Source: an uncultured Bacteroidota bacterium (GTDB taxonomy: Bacteria > Bacteroidota > Bacteroidia > JABEUT01). Taken from it: 64,000 nucleotides of DNA. This document shows, one piece after another, positions 1 through 9,165 of the stretch (the first letter of the stretch is position 1; every line of letters starts with the position of its first letter). The stretch covers positions 8,312 to 72,311 of the forward strand of contig CAIUPO010000051.1 of the NCBI GenBank assembly GCA_903901055.1, given 5' to 3'. The notes under the pieces were generated by a model. The model ran no database searches. It saw nothing but the letters and a program-made list of their open reading frames with translations, and was not told where the DNA came from. The position numbers and the translations under genes were made by a program.

Positions 1-23
1 TGAAATGTTTGAGTAATACTGGC

Positions 24-803
24 TTAGTCTTTCCCTTTACCAAGTTTAGAAAGAGTCATGCCTCTTCCCGTATATGCATCCGCATCCTTCGGATACATTG
101 AAATGCATTTATTGTAATCTTCTAAAGCGCCTTGGTAATCTTCCAGCATGTACTTTGAACCTGCCCTGTTAACCATTGCAGACTCACTTGTGGAATCCAT
201 GTAAAGGGCTACAGAACAATCGGTAATTGCTTCTTTATACTTATGTAGGTGCCTCTCCAGGTAACCCTTTTCATCAAAAGCCCAGGCCTTATCATAACCC
301 AATTGTATTGCACTGGCAACATCATTGAGAGCTCCATCATAATCATCCAACTCCACTTTTGTTTTACCACGGTAAAAAAAAGCCTGTGCCAGTTTAGTAT
401 CAACCTCAAGGGCCGAATTTAAATCCCGCAGCGCCTCCTCATACTTTTTAATTCTGTAATAAACCATCCCACGCCCATTCAGTGCATAGAGGTTTTTGGG
501 GTTAATATGAATTGCCTTGTTATAATCAGTCAAAGCCCCTGCATAGTCTGTATCTCCGTATTTTTCACTTGCACGGTTAATATACGCAGTAGCATTATTC
601 GAATCAAGGGATATAGCCTTATTGTAATCCTTGTATTTAGGGTTGGTTGAAGTATCTAAAGGGTCTAAAATGATAACTGGCCTTTTATCCTGATGCTTAT
701 TAAACAAGCATGAGGAAAAAAGCACAACAATTATAGGGGCATATATTTTTTTCAGCATCAATAACGGATTAAGAACAGCAAAATTATAAAAATGAACTTG
801 CAT
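24..803 (-). CDS. TPR-repeat secreted/lipoprotein
   Basis: 259-aa ORF with a hydrophobic N-terminus ending in Cys (IIVVLFSSC). It is followed by tandem 34-aa TPR-like units (AYINRASEKYGDTDYAGALTDYNKAIHINPKN; AFFYRGKTKVELDDYDGALNDVASAIQL). Confidence 0.8.
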   Translation of the reverse strand: MQVHFYNFAVLNPLLMLKKIYAPIIVVLFSSCLFNKHQDKRPVIILDPLDTSTNPKYKDYNKAISLDSNNATAYINRASEKYGDTDYAGALTDYNKAIHINPKNLYALNGRGMVYYRIKKYEEALRDLNSALEVDTKLAQAFFYRGKTKVELDDYDGALNDVASAIQLGYDKAWAFDEKGYLERHLHKYKEAITDCSVALYMDSTSESAMVNRAGSKYMLEDYQGALEDYNKCISMYPKDADAYTGRGMTLSKLGKGKD

Positions 804-860
804 TGATTATATTCAAGATTCCTTTACATTTCTTATTTTCGTGCGGAATTAAAAAATAAC

Positions 861-1796
861 ATGGGTAATATCATAACGGCAAAAAACATAGTCAAGCGTT
901 ATTCAAAACACGTTGCGCTCGATGATGTAAGTTTTACTGTACCTCAAGGAACCATTTATGGTTTGCTCGGCCCAAATGGTGCAGGCAAGACCTCAATGAT
1001 TCGTATTATTAACCAGATTACTGCTCCTGATAGCGGTGAAGTTTTTTTTAATGGAGAAAAACTGGCACCCATTCATACCCAAGCTATAGGCTATTTACCC
1101 GAAGAACGAGGACTGTATAAAAAGATGAAAGTGGGTGAACAAGCCCTATACCTTGCCCGCTTAAAAGGAATGACCAAGGAGGATGCCATGGCCAAATTGA
1201 AAAAGTGGTTTGTTAAATTTGACATGGTGGCCTGGTGGGATAAGAAGGTAGAAGAGCTTTCCAAGGGTATGCAACAAAAGGTACAGTTTATTGTAACTGT
1301 TTTGCATGAACCTAAATTACTTATACTGGACGAGCCTTTCAGTGGTTTCGACCCAATAAATGTTGAATTAATAAAGAGTGAATTAATGCGCCTGAAAAAG
1401 GAAGGAGCTACAATAATTTTGTCAACCCACAACATGCCATCGGTTGAAGAATTATGCAATAATATCACCCTCATTAACCAATCAAAAGCAGTGCTGGATG
1501 GGAATGTAAGTGAATTGCGGCATAGTTTTAAACTACATGTTTGGGAAGTAAAATTCAAAGGAGATCAAGATTTAGTAAAAAATACACTGACCGGGAAATT
1601 CGAATTACAAGAAATGATTCCGGAAAGCGAGGTAGTTGTTGCAAAAATTAAAATCCCCGATGGAAGCACCTCCAATGATTTGATAAAAGCATTACTCCCT
1701 GTTTCAACTATAATGGGGGTTTCGGAAATTTTGCCTTCAATGTCAGAGATATTTATTTCAGCAGTTAAAAGAACCAATCCAACCAAACAAGCATGA
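861..1796 (+). CDS. ABC transporter ATP-binding protein (ABC-2/NatA-like)
   Basis: Walker A GPNGAGKTS, signature LSKGMQQKV and Walker B LLILDEP. The stop overlaps the start of the downstream permease gene. Confidence 0.9.
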   Translation: MGNIITAKNIVKRYSKHVALDDVSFTVPQGTIYGLLGPNGAGKTSMIRIINQITAPDSGEVFFNGEKLAPIHTQAIGYLPEERGLYKKMKVGEQALYLARLKGMTKEDAMAKLKKWFVKFDMVAWWDKKVEELSKGMQQKVQFIVTVLHEPKLLILDEPFSGFDPINVELIKSELMRLKKEGATIILSTHNMPSVEELCNNITLINQSKAVLDGNVSELRHSFKLHVWEVKFKGDQDLVKNTLTGKFELQEMIPESEVVVAKIKIPDGSTSNDLIKALLPVSTIMGVSEILPSMSEIFISAVKRTNPTKQA

Positions 1797-3139
1797 GTAA
1801 AATAGGATTGATAATTCAGAGAGAATATGTTACACGGGTAAGAAAAAAAACCTTCATACTTATTTCCGTTCTTGGCCCACTTATTTTTGCAGGATTAATA
1901 TTCTTACCTATCATTCTTGGTTCATCAAAAAACCAAAATCAGCGGATTGTGCTGGTTGATGAAAACCAAATTTTTTGCGGAATATTAAAACCCAATGCTA
2001 CCGCCTTTTACGACTACGGTTATTGCAGTATTGATTTAGAGTCAGTGAAAAAATTATTTGCTGATTCCGTCCATGTTTCGGTGCTTTATATTAAGAAGGA
2101 AGAGAAGGTAACAGAAGATTTTCAGGTTCAGTTATTTTCAAAAGAAGACCCCGGAAGCGCTGTTATATCCACGATAGAATACCAGTTGAATAATATTATT
2201 GAAAAAGGCAAAATGAGGTCGCACAACCTTGATCAGGCAACCATTGATGCTGTTAAGTCAAATGTAAATGTTAAGAATTTTGTAAACGATAAAAAAACCG
2301 AACGGGGCTATATCCAGATGCTGGCTTATGCCGCATCAATCCTTATTTATATGTTCATTTTATTTTACTCAGTGCAGGTAATGCGCGGTGTAATGGAAGA
2401 AAAAGTTAACCGCATTGTAGAAGTGATTATTTCATCGGTGCGGCCCTTTCAATTGATGATGGGCAAAGTAATAGGAGTAGGTTTAGTTGGCCTTACACAA
2501 TTCTTAATTTGGTTATTATTGGGTTATGGGGCTTTCCAGGTAGGTAGTTCATACGTCCAGAGCCAGCTCATAACCCCTAATACAACTACAGCCCAACAGA
2601 CATTAACAAAAGGGCTTCCTGTACAAAATGACAATATGGACGCGGGTTCGGATGTAGCTGCACAAAAAATGGAATTGACAAAAAGTTTAAATGATTGGGA
2701 CGATTTTCTTCGCAATACTAACTGGTTTCTGGTGCTTGGCGGATTCTTATTTTATTTCCTTGGCGGATACATGCTCTACAGCGCTTTGTTTGCGGCCGTA
2801 GGCTCGGCGGTAGATCAGGAAACGGAAACTCAGCAATTTATGTTGCCTGTAACAGCACCATTAATATTGTCGATTTATGTAATGATTAATATTTTATCGA
2901 ACCCGAACAGTACTATGGCAGTATGGTTTTCAATGATTCCATTCACTGCACCCATAGCAATGATGGCACGTATTCCGTTTGGTATACCATGGTGGCAGCT
3001 TCCGTTATCAATGGGAATATTAATTGCATCCATATTTGGAACCGTGTGGCTGGCAGGTAGAATTTACCGCGTAGGATTACTTATGTATGGTAAAAAAGTT
3101 ACTTATAGGGAACTTGGCAAATGGCTATTTTATAAATAA
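1793..3139 (+). CDS. ABC-2 family transporter permease (NatB-like)
   Basis: 448 aa with an N-terminal TM helix, a large extracytoplasmic loop and a C-terminal multi-TM block. It overlaps the ATPase gene by 4 nt (ATGA). Confidence 0.8.
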   Translation: MSKIGLIIQREYVTRVRKKTFILISVLGPLIFAGLIFLPIILGSSKNQNQRIVLVDENQIFCGILKPNATAFYDYGYCSIDLESVKKLFADSVHVSVLYIKKEEKVTEDFQVQLFSKEDPGSAVISTIEYQLNNIIEKGKMRSHNLDQATIDAVKSNVNVKNFVNDKKTERGYIQMLAYAASILIYMFILFYSVQVMRGVMEEKVNRIVEVIISSVRPFQLMMGKVIGVGLVGLTQFLIWLLLGYGAFQVGSSYVQSQLITPNTTTAQQTLTKGLPVQNDNMDAGSDVAAQKMELTKSLNDWDDFLRNTNWFLVLGGFLFYFLGGYMLYSALFAAVGSAVDQETETQQFMLPVTAPLILSIYVMINILSNPNSTMAVWFSMIPFTAPIAMMARIPFGIPWWQLPLSMGILIASIFGTVWLAGRIYRVGLLMYGKKVTYRELGKWLFYK

Positions 3140-3145
3140 ACTATT

Positions 3146-4246
3146 TTGAGGGTATTCTTATCTCCACTGGACTGGGGCCTTGGTCATGCAGCGAGATGTG
3201 TACCAATTATCAGTCATTTGCTTGAAAGGAAAATAGAAGTTATTATAGGTGCTGAAGGTTCACACCTGATTTTTCTAAAGGAACATTTCCCTCACATAGA
3301 GTTTATTGATTTTCCCGGCTATGGTATTTCCTATTCGGCTACTTTGCCAGTTGGAGTAAAGGTTTTGCTGCAATTACCCAAAATGGTTTCAGCCATTAAA
3401 AAGGAACATGAATTGCTGAAAGAAGTTATTGCAGCAAAAAAAATAGATGCCGTTATTTCCGATAACCGTTATGGATTGTGGAATGAAAAAATTCCATCCG
3501 TAATTATTACACACCAGTTAAATATTCAAGCTCCGGCGGGGAATAAATTCCTAAGCAAAACCGCTTACAACTACATCAAAAACTTTGATGAATGCTGGAT
3601 TCCCGATTATGCAGGAGCTGAAAATTTATCAGGGCTCCTCTCCCACCCCATTCCTAAAGGAATAAATGGAAAATACATTGGGCCGCTTTCAAGGTTTAGA
3701 TCTCACCCTACCCTCTCCTATGATGAGAGGGTAAAATCCAAATACAATTTGCTTGTTATTCTTTCGGGACCTGAACCTCAGCGTAGCAAAATAGAAGAAA
3801 TTATTTTAAAAGAACTAAAAGAATTACCAGCTTTAAAAGTTTTGATAATTCAAGGGTTGCCGGGTACTCACCCCCAAGCCCCCTCTCTACCAAGTAAAGA
3901 GGGAGGTCACGTAGAAATTGCTCCACATTTAAGCGATGCTGAATTTTTAGAAAAAATAAATTGCAGTGAAGTAATATTGTGCCGTGCTGGCTACAGCACT
4001 CTAATGGATTTGGAAACTATAGGGTGGAGAAAATCAATCTTCATTCCAACTCCTGGGCAAACAGAGCAGGAATACCTCGGTAAATTAATGGAGAATAAAG
4101 GCCTTGGAATAACTTTCAATCAAAAAGGATTTTCAATGAAAGTGGCGTTAGAGAAAGTGAGACAATTAAAATCTGCACAACCCAATCAAGGCAAAGTAAA
4201 TTACAGGGAAGTGATTGATGAGTGGATAAAGAAATTGAAGCACTAA
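3146..4246 (+). CDS. Glycosyltransferase, GT28/MurG-like (UDP-glycosyltransferase fold)
   Basis: N-terminal LDWGLGHAARCVPI and C-terminal AGYSTLMDL...IPTPGQTEQEYL resemble GT-B MurG/UGT-type motifs. The listed start is TTG, so the exact start is uncertain. Confidence 0.6.
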   Translation: MRVFLSPLDWGLGHAARCVPIISHLLERKIEVIIGAEGSHLIFLKEHFPHIEFIDFPGYGISYSATLPVGVKVLLQLPKMVSAIKKEHELLKEVIAAKKIDAVISDNRYGLWNEKIPSVIITHQLNIQAPAGNKFLSKTAYNYIKNFDECWIPDYAGAENLSGLLSHPIPKGINGKYIGPLSRFRSHPTLSYDERVKSKYNLLVILSGPEPQRSKIEEIILKELKELPALKVLIIQGLPGTHPQAPSLPSKEGGHVEIAPHLSDAEFLEKINCSEVILCRAGYSTLMDLETIGWRKSIFIPTPGQTEQEYLGKLMENKGLGITFNQKGFSMKVALEKVRQLKSAQPNQGKVNYREVIDEWIKKLKH

Positions 4247-4878
4247 TTATTCTTCAAACACCGAACTGAAAAACCACTTGCTTTAAAATCAGCTTCTGGA
4301 GTAAAAGTAAAACTTAGGTCCTTTATTTCCATATATAATGCATCCATAACATCTTCATCGGTAGCTGACCAGAAGCCGCATTTATCAGGTATATTATCAA
4401 AAGTTCCTTCATAAATCCGGATACCAGCAGGCAATGCAGTAAAACCACTACTGTCGGTTGCATGCGGATTACTTATCCAATCTGTATCAGTCATCATTTT
4501 ATTTCCTGCGGCAATTTGTCCACCAAGTGTATCAGTTAATGCTATCCATTCATCGGCATCCGGAATGTGCCATCCCTTGGGAGCCAGCCCCCTTTTATCA
4601 TTTACGGCATACCAGTTATACAACTTACCATATTTTTTACCATTAGCTGCTTTATTATCATAATAACACCAGGCAGGTTTTCGTTTTTTCCCGGCACTAC
4701 TCCATGCTTTGTTTGACTTAGCTTCAGGTATTGTATCTCCATTTCTGAATGTAGATACATTCAGGTTTTTTGCCATCCAAACTTGCTTGCCTATTGTTAC
4801 TGATTTAATTGAATTTTGGGCTGATAATAAACTTTGAGAAAATATTACTATTGCCAAAAAGTTCTTTGAAATTTTCAT
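4243..4878 (-). CDS. Fibrobacter-succinogenes-major-paralogous-domain (FISUMP-type) protein
   Basis: Matches the TIGR02145-like pattern: YGKLYNWYAV, GWHIPDADEW, SGFTALPAG and GFWSA. I chose the internal ATG at 4878 (MKISKNFLAIVIFSQSLLSAQN signal), not the listed start at 4989. A -7 motif lies 20 nt upstream. Confidence 0.75.
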   Translation of the reverse strand: MKISKNFLAIVIFSQSLLSAQNSIKSVTIGKQVWMAKNLNVSTFRNGDTIPEAKSNKAWSSAGKKRKPAWCYYDNKAANGKKYGKLYNWYAVNDKRGLAPKGWHIPDADEWIALTDTLGGQIAAGNKMMTDTDWISNPHATDSSGFTALPAGIRIYEGTFDNIPDKCGFWSATDEDVMDALYMEIKDLSFTFTPEADFKASGFSVRCLKNN

Positions 4879-4897
4879 TTTATTTCCATAATTCAGA

Positions 4898-4905
4898 CAA
4901 ACATA
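4898..4905 (-). promoter_or_regulatory. Bacteroidota-type -7 promoter element (TATGTTTG on the minus strand)
   Basis: Matches the TAnnTTTG consensus 20 nt upstream of the ATG at 4878. Confidence 0.45.
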
Positions 4906-4952
4906 ACAAAATACAATGTATGCATTAAAAATATCTTTTATATAAAAACATT

Positions 4953-4960
4953 TATATTTG
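4953..4960 (+). promoter_or_regulatory. Bacteroidota-type -7 promoter element (TATATTTG)
   Basis: Matches TAnnTTTG 39 nt upstream of the ATG at 4999. Confidence 0.45.
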
Positions 4961-4998
4961 TGAGGTACATTTGATTTTGAATTTAACAATTTTCTGTA

Positions 4999-5790
4999 AT
5001 GAGAAAAATATTTTCAGCAATTGCTTCTTGTTTGGTTTGCAGTAGTTTATTTGCCCAGATGGATAATACTAAACCTATTCCTGCGGCACCGAAGTTCAAC
5101 TATACATCAGATACAAAAAAATTCTGTATTGAATTTAACTTCGGACCCGGGATACCCATGGAAGACTATGGCAATATTTCCCAGGTACCCAACCCTGCAA
5201 GTGATACAACCCATATTAATGGATTAGCATCTACAGGATTTCATTTTAATTGCTCTGCGAATTATCTATTTTCCCAAAATTTTGGCGGAGCAGCCATGGT
5301 AGGGTTAACTTTCAATTCATTTAATAATACAGCATGGCAGAAATTGAGAAGCCAGGTAATTCCAGGAATTATTACATCCGCTGATGGTAATTTTCACATC
5401 GGCCAGTATTTAATTGGGCCTAGTGCTTCAATACCATCCGGGAATATCGTAAAAATAGGATTTAAAGCACTTTTAGGGGTTGTAAGTGCCAACTTTCCTG
5501 TATTAACCCAGACTAATCCCAATAATGGAAATACCCTAATAGTAGTAAAGAAATTTGTTAGTTCTAATAATTTTGGTTATTATTTTGGTGCGAACCTGAA
5601 TATAATGATTTCAACTAACATCGGATTAGATTTTAATGTGGGTTACCTGGGTTCGGATATTGATTATCATGAAATAGATGTTACCAAATCACAAATAGGC
5701 TATGCGCCCTATACCAATTATTCCATTTACGATCGCTTTATGTTGCTGGGGATTTTACAAATGACCGGAGGAATCTCCATCAATTGGTAG
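4999..5790 (+). CDS. Putative outer-membrane beta-barrel protein
   Basis: Signal peptide ending SSLFAQ, alternating hydrophobic pattern rich in Gly/Asn, and an aromatic C-terminus (GGISINW). Confidence 0.5.
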   Translation: MRKIFSAIASCLVCSSLFAQMDNTKPIPAAPKFNYTSDTKKFCIEFNFGPGIPMEDYGNISQVPNPASDTTHINGLASTGFHFNCSANYLFSQNFGGAAMVGLTFNSFNNTAWQKLRSQVIPGIITSADGNFHIGQYLIGPSASIPSGNIVKIGFKALLGVVSANFPVLTQTNPNNGNTLIVVKKFVSSNNFGYYFGANLNIMISTNIGLDFNVGYLGSDIDYHEIDVTKSQIGYAPYTNYSIYDRFMLLGILQMTGGISINW

Positions 5791-5835
5791 TGAATGGCAG
5801 TAAGGATTCTTTTATTCCATTAAAGTAAATTTCGT

Positions 5836-5843
5836 TACCTTTG
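5836..5843 (+). promoter_or_regulatory. Bacteroidota-type -7 promoter element (TACCTTTG)
   Basis: Matches TAnnTTTG immediately 5' of the riboswitch aptamer. Confidence 0.45.
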
Positions 5844-5847
5844 TACC

Positions 5848-5918
5848 TAGTGGCAATGGAGTTTGCCCTTAACCGTCGCCCTGACGTTAAATGTCAGGAA
5901 GTCTGATAACTCCTACCT
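5848..5918 (+). promoter_or_regulatory. Fluoride riboswitch (crcB RNA motif)
   Basis: GGCAAUGGAGUUUGCC ... AACCGUC ... stem CCUGAC/GUCAGG ... CUGAUAACUCCUACC. This matches the conserved GGnGAUGGnGUUCnCC / AACCGCC / CUGAUGAUUCCUAC layout, with AACUCC able to pair with GGAGUU. It sits 15 nt upstream of crcB. Confidence 0.8.
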
Positions 5919-5932
5919 TTAAAACTTAATCT

Positions 5933-6307
5933 ATGTTAAAGACGATTACATTGGTAGGACTTGGCGGGGCTATTGGAAGCATACTCCGGTATCTGGCATC
6001 CACCTTAATAAGCAACAAATTTTTAACCACCTTCCCATTCGGAACCATGATTGTAAACATTACAGGGTGTTTCCTTATTGGATTAGTCTACGCATTGGCT
6101 GAAGGCAATAAAATAACTCCCGAGTGGCGGTTTTTCCTTGCAACAGGCATTTGTGGTGGGTATACCACCTTTTCTACATTCTCACTTGAAACATTTTCAC
6201 TACTGCGGGAGGGACAAGTTTTATATGCGTCGGCATATATTGGTTCAAGTGTAGTGCTGGGCGTTTTGGCAACATTCCTTCCAATTTATTTGATTGAAAA
6301 AATATAA
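5933..6307 (+). CDS. crcB: Fluoride ion channel CrcB/Fluc
   Basis: 124 aa with four TM segments and the motifs GGAIGSILRY and GGYTTFSTF. Preceded by the fluoride riboswitch. Confidence 0.9.
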   Translation: MLKTITLVGLGGAIGSILRYLASTLISNKFLTTFPFGTMIVNITGCFLIGLVYALAEGNKITPEWRFFLATGICGGYTTFSTFSLETFSLLREGQVLYASAYIGSSVVLGVLATFLPIYLIEKI

Positions 6308-6344
6308 TGCTGACCAATTTTATTGCTTCTTTTAGTCTTTTATC

Positions 6345-6352
6345 TAAATTTG
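6345..6352 (+). promoter_or_regulatory. Bacteroidota-type -7 promoter element (TAAATTTG)
   Basis: Matches TAnnTTTG 65 nt upstream of the wzm ATG. Probably the promoter of the glycan operon. Confidence 0.4.
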
Positions 6353-6416
6353 CAACAATATCACCTGGCAGTATATTAGCAACAGGTTGAATAAAAAAGG
6401 GTTAATCGAACTATAA

Positions 6417-7271
6417 ATGCAGGAAAAAGATACGGAGCACTGGGATATTGTTGTTGAAGGGGGGAAGAGTAAGTTTTCCTTTGATTTTAAAGAAATCTGG
6501 CAATACCGGGATTTAATCACTCTTTTTGCTAAAAGAGATATTGCTACTGTTTATAATCAAACCATATTAGGGCCGGTGTGGTTTTTTATTCAGCCCCTGT
6601 TAACATCCATTTTATTCATTTTTTTCAGCTCTGTGGCTAAGATTAAAACGGACCCCATTCCCGGTATGCTTTTCTATCTCTCAGGGTTATGCATTTGGGG
6701 GTACTTTACTTCTTGTATTAATAATACCTCAAACACTTTTATTGCAAATGCACAAATCTTTGGCAAAGTTTATTTTCCAAGAATTGTAATGCCCGTTTCT
6801 AAAATTCTTAGTGGTTTGTTTATTTTCACCGCTCAGTTTGCACTCTTTTTACTATTCCTTCTTTTTTGGATATTTTTCAAAGGATTTCAGTTTCATTTCA
6901 GCCCTTATCTTTTATTGATTCCCTATCTTTTATTTGTATTGGCAGGAATTTCACTGGGGTTGGGTATTATAATATCATCTTTGACTACCAAATACCGCGA
7001 CCTTTCCTTTCTTGTAGCATTCGGGGTTCAGCTATTGCAGTTTTTAGCCCCGGTTATGTATCCTCTTTCAATGGCAACCGGGAAAAAGCATTATGTTGTT
7101 TTGGCTAACCCGATTACCGGAATAATTGAGAATTTCAGGTTTGCCTTCTTCCAGGTCGGTAGTTTCCATTGGAAGTATTTGGCCTACAGCACAGGATTTA
7201 TGTTCGTTTGCTTATTTGTAGGGTTGCTAATGTTTAATAGAATTGCGAAAAATTTTATGGATACGGTATAA
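6417..7271 (+). CDS. wzm: Polysaccharide/O-antigen ABC-2 exporter permease
   Basis: 284 aa with six predicted TM segments and the N-terminal YRDLITLFAKRDIATVYNQTILGPVWFFIQP motif typical of Wzm/TagG. Directly followed by the ATPase gene. Confidence 0.85.
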   Translation: MQEKDTEHWDIVVEGGKSKFSFDFKEIWQYRDLITLFAKRDIATVYNQTILGPVWFFIQPLLTSILFIFFSSVAKIKTDPIPGMLFYLSGLCIWGYFTSCINNTSNTFIANAQIFGKVYFPRIVMPVSKILSGLFIFTAQFALFLLFLLFWIFFKGFQFHFSPYLLLIPYLLFVLAGISLGLGIIISSLTTKYRDLSFLVAFGVQLLQFLAPVMYPLSMATGKKHYVVLANPITGIIENFRFAFFQVGSFHWKYLAYSTGFMFVCLFVGLLMFNRIAKNFMDTV

Positions 7272-7282
7272 GCACCAAGTGT

Positions 7283-8548
7283 ATGAGTAAAGAAGTAATT
7301 AAAATTGAAAACTTATCTAAGCAATACCGCCTTGGGGTTATTGGCACCGGCACATTGTCGCACGACTTGAACAGGTGGTGGCATAAGACAAGAGGCAAAC
7401 CTGACCCCTACTTAAGACTTGGCGAAGAAAATAAGCGCGATACACCGGGAACTACCGGATATGTTTGGGCATTGCGTAACATAAATTTTTCTGTAAACCA
7501 GGGCGATACCCTAGGTATTATTGGAAAAAACGGAGCAGGAAAATCAACTTTACTTAAAATATTATCAAGGGTAACTGGCCCAACAACTGGTTCATTTAAA
7601 GTTAAAGGGCGTATTGCCAGCTTGCTTGAAGTTGGCACAGGGTTTCACCAGGAACTTACTGGTCGGGAAAATATTTTTGTGAATGGCGCAATTTTAGGAA
7701 TGACTAAAACTGAAATAAAAAAGAAACTGGATGAAATTATTGAATTTTCAGGTATAGAACGATATATAGATACACCTGCGAAACGATATTCTTCTGGAAT
7801 GTACGTCCGCCTTGCCTTTGCTGTGGCAGCCCATCTTGAGGCAGAGATTCTGATAGCAGATGAAGTGCTTGCGGTTGGTGATGCTGAATTCCAAAAAAAG
7901 TGCCTTGGGAAGATGAAGGATATGGGGCAGGCCGGCAGAACCGTGATATTTGTCAGCCATAATATGGCTGCGGTAAAACAATTATGCTCTCAGTGTGTTT
8001 GGATAAATAGAGGCGAAATTGATTCGATTGGTGCAACTGACGATATCATATTAAATTACACCAAAATGTCTGGTGGCAATAAAGAAAACTCTCTTGTTGA
8101 TATTAAAAGAAAAGGAATTGGAGAAATAAAATTTTCAAAAATCGATGTGTATCCTGTAAATGAAGGAGCCGTAATAAAATCGGGTGATGGTATCAAGTTT
8201 GAAGTATATTATGATACATTAAGAATGAAGGAGGAAGACAATTATGATTTTGTAATAGGAATATGGAATAGTGCTGGTACTCCTCTGCTTATGATGACCA
8301 ATATGTATTTAAACCAAACCATTAAACTAACCAAGCTATCCGGTAAAATTATTTTCTCAATTGATAAGCTTCCACTAAATAAAGGAACCTATACTATCAA
8401 CCTGCGCCTGCTTAAGAATGGATTAGAGATGGATTTTATCGAAGAAGCGTATTGTTTTGAAGTTGAAAACGGCAACTATTTTAATCATAATGTCTTTTAT
8501 CCCGAGCATTATCAAGGTATCTATACCAATTTTACGATCTCGCAATAA
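7283..8548 (+). CDS. wzt: Polysaccharide/O-antigen ABC exporter ATP-binding protein with a C-terminal glycan-binding-type extension
   Basis: Walker A GKNGAGKST, signature YSSGMYVRL and Walker B ILIADEV. An additional ~160-aa beta-rich C-terminal domain resembles Wzt_C. Confidence 0.85.
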   Translation: MSKEVIKIENLSKQYRLGVIGTGTLSHDLNRWWHKTRGKPDPYLRLGEENKRDTPGTTGYVWALRNINFSVNQGDTLGIIGKNGAGKSTLLKILSRVTGPTTGSFKVKGRIASLLEVGTGFHQELTGRENIFVNGAILGMTKTEIKKKLDEIIEFSGIERYIDTPAKRYSSGMYVRLAFAVAAHLEAEILIADEVLAVGDAEFQKKCLGKMKDMGQAGRTVIFVSHNMAAVKQLCSQCVWINRGEIDSIGATDDIILNYTKMSGGNKENSLVDIKRKGIGEIKFSKIDVYPVNEGAVIKSGDGIKFEVYYDTLRMKEEDNYDFVIGIWNSAGTPLLMMTNMYLNQTIKLTKLSGKIIFSIDKLPLNKGTYTINLRLLKNGLEMDFIEEAYCFEVENGNYFNHNVFYPEHYQGIYTNFTISQ

Positions 8549-8556
8549 ACCCGGTA

Positions 8557-9102
8557 ATGATTACGAGGATTAAGAATAAAATATATTTGATAAAGCAAAA
8601 ATTCAAAAAAATAATATATAAAAGACATCCTTATTATATTAACATACCTCCTTCTCAATTAGTGGTAAACTGGATATTCCAAAGAATTTTACGGTTAAAT
8701 TCCAAAGTTAACTATTCGGTACATTTTACCTCAAAGATACAAGGTTCAAAAAATATACTTTTTGATAAGAATGATAAAAAAATCAAGGTCAGCTTTGCCG
8801 GTAGCGGAGGATGCTATTTTGCAGTTTTCGATAATACCACCTTGGAAATCGGGAGTGGTACCTTATGGGCCTGCAATGTATGCATACAAACGGCCAATCA
8901 TGATTTATATAACCGTGAAAAATTTAATTTAGCATCAGTTAAAATTGGTAAAAATTGTTGGATTGGAAACAGTGCAACTATATTGCCCGGAGTTACGCTT
9001 GGCGATAATGTAACTGTTGGTGCCAACACTGTTGTTACCAAAAGTTTTCCATCTAATGTTGTTCTTGCAGGATGTCCTGCAAAAATCATAAAAGAACTAT
9101 AA
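8557..9102 (+). CDS. Hexapeptide-repeat (LbH) O-acetyltransferase
   Basis: C-terminal left-handed beta-helix repeats (IGKNCWIGNSATILPGVTLGDNVTVGANTVV). Confidence 0.75.
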   Translation: MITRIKNKIYLIKQKFKKIIYKRHPYYINIPPSQLVVNWIFQRILRLNSKVNYSVHFTSKIQGSKNILFDKNDKKIKVSFAGSGGCYFAVFDNTTLEIGSGTLWACNVCIQTANHDLYNREKFNLASVKIGKNCWIGNSATILPGVTLGDNVTVGANTVVTKSFPSNVVLAGCPAKIIKEL

Positions 9103-9165
9103 AAAGGCTACATCAATGAAGACTGAAAAATGCGCTACATTTAATGGATTATCATAAACAGCATT

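Noticed and set aside
861-3139. The ABC pair as gliding-motility GldA/GldF/GldG
   Set aside because: GldA is followed by GldF and GldG. Here a single 448-aa ABC-2 permease with a large loop follows instead, which fits NatAB-like exporters better. No gld-specific context is present.
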